Of a DNA stretch of 64,000 nucleotides, positions 11,823 through 24,309 are shown piece after piece; the first letter of the stretch is position 1; each line of letters opens with the position of its first letter. The stretch covers positions 225,744,001-225,808,000 of the forward strand of contig NC_058368.1 in NCBI RefSeq assembly GCF_018350175.1, written 5' to 3'. Both the position numbers and the translations under genes were made by a program. The stretch is from Felis catus. Its lineage: Eukaryota. The notes below the pieces were generated by a model that was given only the letters and a program-made list of their open reading frames with translations, did no database searches and was not told the origin of the DNA.

Positions 11823-13579
11823 GATATGTCTTATAGTAAGTGTTGCAAACCACACAGAGAAACCGAAGTTTAGCTTTTATGTGCCGTGTCCACATTTTTT
11901 ACTACTTCCACAGATCCTCGCAGCAATAGTTAGAATTCAGGGGGAGAAGAAGGAATGTGAAGAACCGCATTCATGTTTCTGGGAGCACCTCCCCACTGGT
12001 CTGGACAATGGGGATGACCTGGCTCCTCTTCTGCTCTGCCCTGCACGTTCTCCTCCAGCTGCAGAGTCTAGTGAAAACTAGAATATCGTACCCCAGGGGG
12101 CTGTGCCCCGTCCTAAACAAAGGCCAGATTACACAATAAAGCATCATTTCTCTTTCAGAAGCTTCTGCAGCAGAGGGCCAAGGGAGCGAACCAACACGTG
12201 GGAAAAGGTAGTCTTTCTTCCGCGGAAAAAACACCCGAATTGTTTCCACGGTGCTTTTTCATTGCCTCCCTGGCCACTTTCTATCCGGTTGTCAGCTTCT
12301 CTTCAAATGCAAGTCAGACGCGCCAGAGATCCTGCACCGCCTTCTGGAAAACCCCAACCTTTCTACCCCCGGCGGATCATCAAGGCCTCAGTGCACCCTG
12401 CAGGTGCACACAAGGAAGTGTATCTGTAACGGCACACCTTCTCGTGTTGATCTCCCAACAGAAATTATTCCCCCCGCCCACCACCTTGTTTCCCTCCTCC
12501 TCACAACTCAGGGCAGATGCCATTGTTACAAAGAGCTCCTAAAACCTGACTCTGCCGCTCTTTCCCTAATTTGGGGTAGCTTGATTTAAATGGAGACTCT
12601 CAGCACCCAGCAATTATTTCCACCACAGCGGTTATCACATTGTAATTAGCCCCTCCTTGGCCCGTGAGCTTCCCGTGGCCACCGAGCTTAGCAAAGCGTT
12701 TGGGCACATAGTAGGGGTTCAAGAAACCCTTGCGTGAACTCTAGGAATATACCCTCTTGAGGTATGTCATCTAAACGGCCAAGCACACACACCCGTAATG
12801 TACAGATCAATGAATTTTCACATACGTATCCATGGAGATAGAAACATAATGACCGCCCAGGTGAGCATTATCGAGCATTCCCCAGAGGCCCCCTTGAAAC
12901 AACAGGCTTTAATTGCTCTGGGAATGAGCCTCATGCATCTTGTGAAAGCGGGCTGGTGGCCAGTGTGAACCCCAAGAAGATAGAAGCAGCCCTAATTCCC
13001 TGCCGGTAGAATGCCCCGGGAGAGGGAAGGGGAATTTTTACTCTAGAGAAAAGTGAGAACAGAAGGATTGAAGAATAGAACATTAAAAAAAAAAAAAAAA
13101 TGCAACCGGCGAAAAGCGAGCATAACAATGACATTGCTTACCTCCCCCCCCCCCCCCAAACTCAACCCTGCAATACCAGGGCCAGGCCCGGTGTGGGTGT
13201 GGGCGGTCTCAGGGTTGCCTGTCACCCCCTCACAGCCGCCTTACCCAGGTTCTGATGGCTGTTGAGACAGGGACACCAGAGTGACTCAGAAGTAACCGTA
13301 GTCAAGGCTTGCCAAACCTTAGGTGACACGCGCAAGGGGTCCCTTCTCCGCCTGGGTTCTGGCTTCTCACCTGCACCTCCCACAAACCAAGGTGCATTTT
13401 TGAGGCAGCGGACTTTGCTTAAGTCGCTCCCCTCCCCCGTCGCTGCGGCCTGACGCTCCTTCATTGACCCAAATGGGTTTTGTTTTTTTTTTTTTTGCTT
13501 TTGTGTTTTGCTTTTTTTTTTCCTTTCTCAGTCCAGCACGTCTAGCATCACATTATTCCCAGAGGACTAAAAGAAAGAC

Positions 13580-14650
13580 CTCCGCGCAAGCTGTCCAGGC
13601 GGTGCCCGCAAAGGCGCTGGGCTGCCATCCGCTGCCCGCGGAAGGGGCGCCCCGTAACGCCCTCCAAGGCCGGCGGAGGGGCGAGCGGCGGCCCCGGCCG
13701 GCGGAAGTGAAGATGCCCCTTTGATTCCGCCGGGTCCCGGGCGAGGCCTTCGAGGGGGGCGCGCGCGCTCCCCGGGACGCCGCCCAGCGCCCCGCCCCCG
13801 CGCGAGCTTGGCCGCACCCACTTCCCCCGGGAGGCGCCCCTGCCGCCGCCGCCGCCGCCGGGGCTGACGTCACGAGGCACCCAGCCGCCGGCGCCCCGCG
13901 GTACGCGCCCCGCGCGGGGACCCGCCGCCCTCGCCGCGCCGACACCCGGACGCGCCGCGCGCGCGCCCGTCCCCGCCCGCAAGCGCGGCCGAAGATGGCG
14001 AGCCCGGCGCCTCCGGAGCACGCCGCGGAGGGATGCCCGGCCCCGGCTGCCGCGGAGCCGCCCCGGGCTCCCCCCGAGGAGCAGGGAGAGGAGGCGCGGG
14101 AGGAAGGGGCGGTGGCGGTCGTCGCGGGGCGACAGGTGGAGGAGGCCGCCGGCGGGGTGGCCGCCGCCGTGACCTGGCTGCTGGGGGAGCCGGTGCTGTG
14201 GCTGGGCTGCCGCGCGGACGAGCTCCTGAGCTGGAAGAGGCCGCTGCGCAGCCTGCTCGGCTTCGTCGCGGCCAACCTGCTGTTCTGGTGAGAGCTCGGG
14301 CTGGGTGGGGACGCCCAGGAGGGCAGGTGACCTTGGGGCGCCCGGGAGCGGGCAGAGGGGGCGCCCCGGGCGCGGTGTGTGTGTGTGTGTGGGGGGGGGG
14401 GTTGTGCGCGCTGAACCCTGCGACGGAAGTGTCCGCCCTGCCCCACTTTCGGGGCCACCTTTCTCGAACAGGTAGACACACACTTCAACTTTCCTGCAGA
14501 AGCGCTTCGCTACAAACACAGTTGTCACCCTCCGTGTGTGTATCCACCCTGGCATGGGAGGCGGTCGGCTGGCCCGCAAGCACCTGTACCTACAGGTGTG
14601 CCGAGCGTGCCCGGAAACTTGGGCCTTTGCTTTCGAAAACTCACGGGTTT
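13580..14650. promoter_or_regulatory. RETREG1: CpG island / RETREG1 promoter
   Basis: Very GC- and CpG-rich tract around exon 1. Motifs: ETS/GABP-type CGGAAGTG at 13702-13709 and 14424-14431; GC box CCCCGCCCCC 13790-13799; (GCC)6 13842-13859; palindromic CRE TGACGTCA 13865-13872; YY1-like AAGATGGCG over the start codon. Confidence 0.9.
13995..14287 (+). CDS. RETREG1: RETREG1/FAM134B coding exon 1 (long isoform): disordered N-terminus and start of the reticulon-homology domain
   Basis: Translation [20 protein letters not shown]...[39 protein letters not shown](W) matches the mammalian FAM134B N-terminus. Strong Kozak (AAGATGG); donor TG|GTGAGAG at 14287/14288, phase 2; lies in a CpG island. 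Confidence 0.97.
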
Positions 14651-15499
14651 TCACCTGCTTGCCAAAACCATGCCAGTGCAAACGTGCTTGAACTTGTATT
14701 CGCTCTCGCACCCCGAGCAGGCGTCTGGACCAGCTTAGGTACACGCTCAAGACTGCGCCGCCTTCATCAGCCACCTGAGATAGGCACTGAATGATTTGTT
14801 TTTCCATTCCCTGGAGGGTTGGGTTTACTCTCTTAACTCCCTGATGAGAAAACAGGAGGCAAACAGGTGGATTAGGTACATCACCCCCTCCCCCCGCCAC
14901 CCAGGTGCGCACAGTGTGGAAAACAGTCGTATTTTCAGGTGAAGTACAGATAGAACACACAGGAATGTTCTCTGAAAAGCCCCTGATCAACAGGTTTGTC
15001 TCTCCAAAAAGAGCCCTTCACCAGTAAGGACAGGGAAAGTGTCTCACTCCTTCACCGAAGGACGTGCCGTTCCTCTGTTACCAGTCTGCTGGGGGGTGGA
15101 GAAAAGCGTTCTTTGTTTGCAACTGTGTCCTCATAACAAGCATGATCCACACCAGTGCAGGATAAGCAGGGGTTTGGCAGGAGATACCTTGTTACAGGAC
15201 ATAGATTTCTTAACCTTAAAGTTAGGATATAAAGTAACCGAAACATACACAGTCTGCCATTTTCTTTGTTAACCAGAGCAACTTGAAGATTTCTCTACTG
15301 ATCTGTACCAGTCCTGGATTCCTCTTACCAGGGTCCTTGAATGTGAATTTACTTTGGGTATCCTAGCTGTGTGCGTTTCTACTGTTTATTCCAAATTTCT
15401 TTATCCTGTTATAAAGTTTTGTAAGGCCTCAAAAAAGGAGGATATATTGTATTATGCTACATGGAGCCACAGTCAAATAATCTCAGGGCTGTGTTTCCC

Positions 15500-16255
15500 T
15501 CATTTTTCAAATTGTACTTATTTATTATTAAAAAATAAGTTAATAGCCTCGTAGTTCAGACGTTTAAAGGTACAAAATGATACACATTTCGAGGTTGTCT
15601 TTGCTATGCCTGTCTCTGGCTACCCAGTTTTCTCTCAGAGGCAACCAATGATACGGTTTCCTCTGTAGCTTTCCAGATTGTGCATGTTTTAGCAAATAGG
15701 CAATATTCTACACAAATTGTGAGATACTATTTGGACTATTCCTCTTCTGTGTCTTGGCAATCACTTATTCTTTTTCAACTGCATAGGATTCTATCATTAG
15801 GATGCTACACATTATTTAACCTGTCTCCTAACGGACCAAGATAATTTCCAAACTTCTGCTATTTTAGTGTTCTAGCTAATGGCCTTTGACACACATTATT
15901 CTGCATATGTGAAAGCATTTCTGTAGGAAAGAGTCCCAGAAGTTTAATTTTTGGGTCCAAGAGAATGTGCATGTGTAATTTTGATGGATATCATTGTAGA
16001 ATGTCCTTGGAATTCTATTAATTTAAACTCCAGCCAGCAATATGGGTGACTGCCTGTTCCTCTCTAATTTTGCAAAGTGTTATACCAAACTTTTTGATCT
16101 TAAAAAGCAGGTAGGTGAAACGGCATGTCCCAATTTGGCATTAAGTTGCATTTCTCTGGGATTGAGCAGTTTTTCTCATGTTCAAGATCCATTATAATTA
16201 TCTTTTCTTTGCATTATCTATTTATATATTTATAAATATAAATATATATATATTT

Positions 16256-16308
<53 letters not shown>

Positions 16309-16500
16309 TCCATATATTTAGTTGTGCTGTTGGGCTTTTCCCTATTTTTTGTAGGAACTCTTTATATTAACAACTTTAGCCTAATAAGTGTAAGTTGTAA
16401 ACATTTTTTTCTGATATATTTTTAATAACAGCCATTGAAGAGAATGTTTTTTGCATAAAGTAATTGAAAGGCATATTTGGTGTTATTTTGGAGTGATGTC
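15500..16500 (-). mobile_element. Old L1ME fragment containing a (TA)n microsatellite (~16258-16303)
   Basis: AT-rich L1M 3'UTR/ORF2-end motifs, e.g. CTCCAGCCAGCAATATG and GTTGCATTTCTCTG...TTGAGCA. Confidence 0.6.
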
Positions 16501-16522
16501 TTCCATCCATTAAAAGCAATAG

Positions 16523-16614
16523 TTAAGTAAGCTCTGTGCCCAGCGTGGGGCTTGAACTCATGACCCTGAGATGAAGAGTTGCATGCTTTACCTACCAAGC
16601 CAGTCAGGCACCCC
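16523..16614 (-). mobile_element. Short CanSINE
   Basis: GTGGGGCTTGAACTCATGACCCTGAGATGAAGAGT...CCAGTCAGGCACCCC. Confidence 0.85.
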
Positions 16615-18436
16615 CATCTATTTTTATGAGTCTGATGGACAGGTAAACAGTGGCCAGGCATTCAGTCCAATTACAGCTTTCTGCTTCTCTGTTTTATTTC
16701 TTCTCCTGTTTGCATTATCTACGTTCTGTGCATGTTTTCTTTGACAGAAAGATAATTGTCCTGCTTTTTAAGTTCTTAAATACTTACTAATTGCAACTTC
16801 TGACCCATTTATTAATTTCATTAAACTGTTGGTGTTTTATCCCCCTCTGTTGCTTTTGGGGTTAAAACAATTTTCACAGTCACCGTATTCTTTAAATAGT
16901 GTGCTTATCAAGTGATCTTAAATTATGTGATGCTCTAACATTCTGTGTCCTGGGGACTCTCAGATTTGGTATCTTTCATGAGAAAAACAGATCAGCGTTC
17001 AAAGTAAGGAACCCTAATCTTAAGCGATGGTGATGATGTTTTCTCTTTAATTGGTGTTATTTCATTTTTGTGGAAGTTCACGTTTTAAAAATATTTTTTT
17101 TTTGAATGGTTTAGTACTTGATGTGAGCTGTACCTTTCATGATTCTGAGTTTGGGCTCAAAAGCTCTAACATTTTTTTACCTGCATGTGTAAAATCTGCA
17201 AGATTTTCGTGCTGTGAACCAGAAGCACAAAGTCTGAGAGATGCCTGTAACCAATGGGTATAACAGAAAGTTGCATGAAGCAAGCGTAAGAGAAGAATCA
17301 GAAAGAGGATAGTTCATTTGATGCAGTTTGGGGGGAGTGACGGCAAAGTGGATGGAAGAGCTTGTGGCTCTTCATAAGGCAATCATGCTTGAACGAGACC
17401 CCGACGGACAGGAATGAATGATTGGGGTAGATCTAACATATGGTCAAAAGCATTTCAACCTTAAGAACTTGTACTTCGTGTTTTCATGCAGTCACACAGT
17501 GGTTGGTAGAGAAAATAAGGAGATGAGACTGGCTAGTTGTTCGGGACACATGTTTGGGGGCGGTGGTCACCTCGAATGTCAGACCATGTGTTTGAACTTG
17601 TTTTTTCTATAGACAATGGGGACCCCCCCCAAAAAGTCAAAGTATCCATGAATATGTTAACGGGTAAGTAAATTTTGGTACATGTTTTCCTATCATAAAA
17701 GACTATATCACAATGAACATAAACTACAGCTATAGGCAACAATATAGATGAATTTTACAAACGTCACTTTGGTCAGAAGAATCACACAATACATGTAGGA
17801 CGATCCAGTTTCTTGAAAGTTTTAGAATGTGCAAAACTACACAGTATTGATTAGGGCCATGCACATAGGAGATTAGAAAGACACTCTTATCCCTAAAATC
17901 AACAAAATGTTTATGCCTGGGAAGAGTGAGAAGGTATGACCGCAGAGGGACACATAGAAAGTTCTGGGGCACAGGCAGTGTTTTATTTTTTGACTCAGGT
18001 GGTAGTTACATGGCATTAAAATTCTAATTATTTTAAACCTGTGCGTGTGTTCTTATCTATGATGTATTTTATGAAAAATGCTAGAATGCTAAATAATGCT
18101 TAAGAAATGGTATGCTCTCACGGCTCAGAGGAGCTTGATAAAATGTAGACCCCATATAGTGCCTGTCTCGAGAAGCAGGATTTCCACAACCTGAAATAGA
18201 TTGGGCACCAGCCCAGTAGTCTCAGGGCTGGGTCTTCCTCATTTTACCAACAGAGGACATGTTTTTAAAATTGTCTCTCTTAATTTTAAATTTTATTTAT
18301 TTTAAGAAAACGCTAATACCGCTGCACAGTTCAAAAGTTTAAAAGTACAAAAGGCTAAACAGCCTGGAGATCTCTTTCCCACGCCTATCCCTGGCTACCC
18401 AGTTTCCTTGCAGAGGCAATCAAGGACACCACTTTT

Positions 18437-19717
18437 CTTTTAAATATAATTTATTGTCAAATTGGCTAATATGCGGTATGCAGTGCGCTCTTGGGTTTTG
18501 GGGTAGATTCCCACGATTTCTCGCTTCCATACAACACCCAGTGCTCATCCCAACAAGTGTCCTTCTCAATGCACACCACCCATTTTCCCTTCTCCCTTAC
18601 CCACCACCCCCCCATCAACCCTCAGTTCTCTGTATTTAACAGTCTCTTATGGTTTCCCTCCCTTTCTCTCTGTAACCTTTTTTTCCCCCTTCTCTTCCCC
18701 AATGGTTTTCTGTTAAGTTTCTCAAGATCCACATATGAGTGAAAACATATGACATCTGACCTTCTCTGACTTATTTCACTCAGCATAAATTACCTTCCAG
18801 TTCCATCCATGTTGCTGCAAATGGCAGGATTTCATTTTTCTCGTTGCCAAGTAGTATTCCATTGTATATAGAAACCACATTTTCTTTATCCATTCATCAG
18901 TTGATGGACATTTAGGTTCTTTCCATAATTTGGCTATTGTTGAAAGGGCTGCTATAAACATTGGGGGTACATGTGTCCCTATGCATCAGCACTCCTGTAT
19001 CCTTTGGGTAAATTCCCAGCAGTGCTATTGCTGGATCATAGGGTAGATCTATTTTTAACTTTTTGAGGCACCTCCACACTGTTTTCCAGAGCGGCTGCAC
19101 CAGTTTGCATTCCCACCAACAGTGCAAGAGGGTTCCCGTTTCTCCACATCCTCGCCAGCATCTATAGTCCCCTGATTTGTTCATTTTAGCCACTCTGACC
19201 AGCGTGAGGTGGTATCTCAGTGTGGTTTTGATTTGTATTTCCCTGATGATGAGTGACATTGAACATCTTTTCATATGTCTGTTGGCCATCTGAACATCTT
19301 CTTTGGAAAAGTGTCTATTCATGTCTTCCCATTTCTTCACTGGATTATTTGTTTCTTGGGTGTCGAGGTTGGTAAGTTCTTTATAGATTTTGGATACTTT
19401 ATCTGATATGCCATTTGCAATTATCTTTTCCCAGTCTGTCAGTTGCCTTTTAGTTTTGTTGATTATTTCCTTTGCAGCGCAGAAACTTTTTATCTTGATG
19501 AGGTCCCAGTAGTTCATTTTTGCTTTTAATTCCCTTGTCTTTGGAGATGTGTCCAGCAAGAAATTGCTGTAGCTGAGGTCAGAGAGGTTGTTGCCTGTTT
19601 TCTCCCCTAGGGTTTTGATGGTTTCCTGTCTCACATTTAGGTCTTTCATCCATTTTGAGTTTATTTTTGTGTATGGTGTAAGAAAGTGGTCTAGTTTCAT
19701 TCTTCTGCATGCTGCTA
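18437..19717 (-). mobile_element. 5'-truncated felid L1 (ORF2 C-terminal remnant plus 3'UTR), antisense in intron 1
   Basis: Track ORFs 18912-19700 ([28 protein letters not shown]...[17 protein letters not shown]) and 18776-18961 ([28 protein letters not shown]) are L1 ORF2p joined across a frameshift. 15-bp TSD AAGGACACCACTTTT at 18422-18436 and 19718-19732 at a TT/AAAA site. Confidence 0.96.
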
Positions 19718-19906
19718 AAGGACACCACTTTTAAGCACAACATAAAATAGAATGAACACAATAAAGCAGAAAATACCCATTTTTTGTTTTTAAAAATTAA
19801 CTTTTTTGCAGTATACTGTCATCAATAAAATGCACACGCTTCCAGTGTACAGCCAGATGCATATGCTTGTGTATGCACATACAGCAATCAAGATCTAGAA
19901 CATTCC

Positions 19907-20096
19907 GCGGCACCTGGGTGGCTCCGTCGGTTGAGCGTCCAGCTTCGGCTCAGGTCATGATCTTGCGGTTTGTGAGTTCGAGCCCCACATCAGGTTCTTT
20001 GCTGTCAGCGGAGGGCCCACTTTGGATCCTCTGCCCCCCTTTCTTTGCCCCTCCCCTGCTTCCATTCGCCCCCAAATAAATATTTTTTAAAAAAAT
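19907..20096 (+). mobile_element. CanSINE within an old L1M fragment
   Basis: TSD ATCTAGAACA(T/C)TCC at 19893-19906 and 20097-20110. Confidence 0.88.
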
Positions 20097-20421
20097 ATCT
20101 AGAACACTCCATCAATCCAAAAGATTTCTCTGATTCCCTTTCCTGTCAGTACCTACCTCTGGGGATTGATCTGGTTTATGTCACCATAGATTAGAGTTAT
20201 CTTCCATAAAGTTTCATGTAAGTGATACAATATAATATGATGTCTTTGTTTGGCTTTGTTTATTTGGTGTAAAGTTTTGAGATCCATCCCTGTTGTGTTT
20301 TTGTTTTTTCCTTTTTGTTGTTGCCCGGTATCCACTTAAGGTATTTGCCACAATTTGAGCATTAGCTAGTTGATGTTCATTTGGGTTCTTTTCAGGGTTG
20401 GCTGTTATGAATAAAACTGGA

Positions 20422-20618
20422 GGGGTGCCTGGGTGGCTCAGTCAGTAAAGCGTCTGACTTCGGCTCAGGTCATGATCTCCTGGTTTGTGAGTTCAAGCCC
20501 CACATCAGGCTCTGTGTTGACAGCTCAGCCTGTAGCCTGCTTCAGATTCCCCCTCTCTCTTCCCCTTCCATGCTCATGCTCTGTCTCTCAATAATAAGCA
20601 TAAAAATTTTTTTAAAAA
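20422..20618 (+). mobile_element. CanSINE
   Basis: GGGGTGCCTGGGTGGCTCAGTCAG head; flanked by AAAACTGG repeats. Confidence 0.88.
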
Positions 20619-21234
20619 ACTGGTAAAAAATTCGGGTCCAGATCTTTGTGTGAAATGTCTGTTTTCGGTGAGAACAGGGGCAAGGTCTGACCCGTGTCTT
20701 GCGTGGCTGTGTTGCCTTGGATAGTTACACAATGGGACCAAAAGCCCATCTTCTTCACTTCCTTGCTGGAAGTGCTGAAATTGAATGCCTTACAATGCGG
20801 CCATCCTCTTGAGGCACATTCTACCTCTGCAGCCTAGAAAGCCACCCTGATGTGATTTCATTTTGAACCCACGGTTGGAGCCCATGACATACAGAACAGT
20901 CCCTGCACAGGCCGTTTTCCTCAGGGCCTCTGGCGTCGCGTGGTGACATTCCCTTCCATTTCTGTAAATAGTAAAACTTCGAGAAAGGGATTTGCCTGAG
21001 GGGACTACGCTAGGGTGTACCTGGCAAGAGGCACACGGGACTCTGCCTTTTGGGTTTTCTCAGGCCACGCGTCTGTGCTGTGTAGAATGCCCGGGACCCA
21101 CTGAGAGCCCTGGCAGCACTGTCCTCAAGAGTTGGTTTGGAAGGTTGCAAAGTCCAACTCCCACTTGCTTTCAAGAGCCCCCCTGTCCCGTCGCTGATGG
21201 GTTCTTCCAGCTTGCATCGGGGTCGTGCCCTCTC

Positions 21235-21412
21235 AGAGAGTTGTCTCTGACTGGCATCATCAAGGGCGTCACCTGGGCACTTGTTAGAGACAGAGATTAT
21301 GGGCTCGACCCCACACCTACTGAACCAGAATCCCTGGAGGTGGGACCAAAGCATCTGAATTTTCTCCAGCTCCTCAAATGACTCTGTACACACTCACGTT
21401 TGAGAATCACTG
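21235..21412. mobile_element. MER5A-like hAT-Charlie MITE
   Basis: CACCTGGGCACTTGTTAGA...CCCCACACCTACTGAACCAGAATC...GTTTGAGAATCACTG. Confidence 0.75.
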
Positions 21413-22087
21413 CATTTGAGCCCTTTCCCGGATCACAAGCCGTCTTGTCCATGAGGCAGCGTTTCCATTGGCGGCAACTCTAAGTGAATATTTTCCTTAT
21501 AATGAGTTGAGTCAACCTACCTTTTGATTACTTCTGCAGATGCCCAAGATCCACACCCCCCTTTCTAGAGTAATCCTTTGTTGCAAGCCGCATTCTCTTC
21601 TTACTCCTACCGAGTCTTTTTTCTCCCAACTGAGAAATTCTGGGCTCCTTCCCTCACTCTTTTCCAGACTCTTCGGGCCATGCTTCAGTTTATCTGTATT
21701 CCTCCTGAATGCAGCATTCCTGAGATGGTCTGAGCAGTGTGTACCCCCCCCCCGACAGCCTCCTTCTATTCACATAGCCTGAGACAAGAATTTCTTTATT
21801 CTAATTGATAGTAACCCCCTTTGACAGCAACTATTATTGACAATTGTTAGATTCTCATATATATATGTGTATATATATATATGTATACACACACGCACAC
21901 ACCTATACATGTATATATGACTATACAGTTACAGTTTGTCAAACTATAACTACCAAAATTAAGGACATTCACATTTAGCACTTTATTTAAATCTTAGAGC
22001 AACTCGACGAGGGAGATACTGTTCTCTTTTTACACAGGAGGAAACAGGCTCATAGGAGTTTAACTGAATTATCAAGGATGACTTTGA

Positions 22088-22275
22088 CCTGTGCGATTCA
22101 ATAGAATGTTTGCAGTGATGGAAACATTCTGCATTTGTGCTGCCTGGTGTGGTAGCCTCTTGTGATGGTTGAACATATGAAATGTGGCTAGTTTGACTCA
22201 AGAACTGTAATTTTATTTCACTTAAATTTAAATAGCCACGTATGGTTAGTGGCTACCATATTGAATAGCATAATC
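22088..22275. mobile_element. MER3-like hAT-Charlie MITE next to a MIR fragment (~22005-22085)
   Basis: CAATAGAATGTTTGCAGTGATGGAAACATTCT...AAATAGCCACGTATGGTTAGTGGCTACCATATTGAATAGCA. Confidence 0.75.
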
Positions 22276-23609
22276 CTAGACCATAGTCATGAAGCCATGC
22301 TCTCTCTCTGCCAATTTAGTATTGTTTTGGTTTGTGTTTTGTTTTGTTTTACTGTGTTACTCTAGAGAGTAATAGAAGATTGTGGGAGCCAACAATTAAG
22401 GCTTCCATTTTATAATATTACAGACTTAATGATTTCACCATAGGGCAAAAATAACTGTGTTGGAAGAATGTTGCTTTTAGGAGGGATTTTGTTTAGTCTT
22501 AGCTGGTCTAGTTCATGTTCCCCACCTTATCTCTGTTCCACCTGGACAGTCAGCAGCTACAGATGAGTGTCTGCTCCAGGCCTACGTGGTGTGGGCCCAG
22601 TGGATGTACGAGAAGCCCCAGGTCTCTGTTTGTCTCTGAGAGTTTACACTCTGGTTTAGGAGGCATGGCTGCTTCAGTGAACTGATTGAAACGCTACACC
22701 ACAGTTCTGAATTGTATGCCACCGTCTCCAGAGCCTTACAGTTTAGGAATAGCGGAGATCAGGAGGGTTGGGATAGTTAATGAAAGCTCTGCGCGAATTA
22801 TCGTATAGACCTAAAAAGAGAGCTATAATGGTACGAGCAAGAATAACAATCAGGGTTTTCCATGTAGGACAAACCCAGGAATAAATGGGGCCTAAGTACC
22901 TGATGCTCTCAGCCTGGGGAGACTCACCTGCCTCACGCTGAGGGTCCATCCTGGGGAACACGAATAAAAATTATTATTCTTGATGCCTGGAACCAGCGTG
23001 GGATCGGAAACGTTGTTAGATGTTCAAAAGGTGTGGTGAACTGAGCTGAACTAGCTTAGATAGGGTGGGGCTAGTTTAAGAGAGGTCTTGCAAAATAGAA
23101 GAGGCTTCAGTTCCCTGAAAATAGTCATGGACTTTTTTGTATTCGGCATTTAGCAAACATTTCTTGAGTGGTGGTCTCATGTGCTTATTATTAGACCCAG
23201 CGGCCCCTCGTGAGATCCCGTGTGAGGCTGTTTTCTCAGACTTTAGTACACTAGCACTGGGAACTTGGGGTTGAGGACTTAAGAAATGGGGCTGGTTTAA
23301 CCAGATTGATACTCCTCCTAGAAAGCCCATCAGGGTTTCCTCTTTAATAACTACACACCTCGTCTTTAGTCATTTTGCACAATTTTATGCTTATGCTATT
23401 TGAGCGATAACTTTACCTCAGGTTCTTTCTGCTTCTCTCCTTTTTCCCTTTTATCCTGTTGTGCACGACTGTTTTTAAATTGCTGGATTGATCCAAATGA
23501 GCACAAATAAATGAGGTGTATCATTATTACTAGCCGCTGGGAATGCAGTGATGATTAAGACGCATTTTGACCCCTGGTGCGAGAAACAGATTAGTAAGGA
23601 AACAATTCT

Positions 23610-23805
23610 TTTTTTTTTTTTAATTTTTTTTAACATTTTATTTATTTTTGAGACAGGGAGAGACAGAGCATGAACAGGGGAGGGTCAGAGAGAGGGAGAC
23701 ACAGAATCTGAAACAGGCTCCAGGCTCTGAGCGGTCAGCACAGAGCCCGACGCGGGGCTCGAACTCACAAACTGCGAGATCCTGACCTGAGCCAAAGTCG
23801 GCCCC
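23610..23805 (-). mobile_element. CanSINE missing its A-box segment
   Basis: 17-bp perfect TSD AGTAAGGAAACAATTCT at 23593-23609 and 23806-23822. Confidence 0.92.
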
Positions 23806-24309
23806 AGTAAGGAAACAATTCTAATGCAAGGTTACGCTGTGCACACTGAGGTAGCACACATGGGCCAGGAAGAAGCAATAGAAAGAACTTCCTTGGATCC
23901 TGAATGAGGGGGTCTGGGCCCGGGGCAGGAGGCAGGATGGTCAGTACCTAAAAAGTCAAAGAGAACTAATACCTATCAAAGAGCTCTTAGGTACTAGGTA
24001 CTAGGTTAATTCATGGGAGCTTGAACGGGGCACACAGTGGCACTCATCACTGCTCACTGTTATAGTTGAAGAGACAGAAAGAAAAGGAAGAGGGGACAGG
24101 ATGAGACCAGAGGGGAGGGAAGAGTTGTTTTATGTGCTCTGGGGAATATCCAGAGGTGAGGTAGGAAAGAGAAACGTTGGGGCCGGTTTGTGAAGGGGTT
24201 ACTCTTGGACTGTGCGGAGGAATTTGGACCATATCTAACAAGCAGTTTCCGTCTATTACTCTAATGTAAATACCGTCATGTTGGACCCTTTCTTCCAAAA
24301 CCTCCCTGC

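Noticed and set aside
14288..14291. 98-aa ORF 13995-14291 as a complete single-exon gene
   Set aside because: The TGA lies inside the GTGAG splice donor; the frame continues in exon 2 at 47358.
13553..14488. Overlapping 311-, 203- and 84-aa minus-strand ORFs
   Set aside because: Low-complexity A/G/R/P translations expected from stop-poor CpG-island DNA; no recognisable homology.
14288..14794. Unspliced 253-aa form of the 14033 ORF
   Set aside because: Requires intron 1 retention and crosses a (TG)n/poly-G run; only the spliced form is considered above.
18912..19700. 262-aa ORF as a host gene or active L1
   Set aside because: 5'-truncated, frameshifted L1 ORF2 remnant bounded by a TSD.
20992..21381. 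ORF starting 'MPEG', resembling the short FAM134B-2 isoform N-terminus
   Set aside because: Starts at TTG, lies in intron 1 rather than intron 3, diverges after four residues and runs into a MER5A element. I did not find the isoform-2 first exon in this window.
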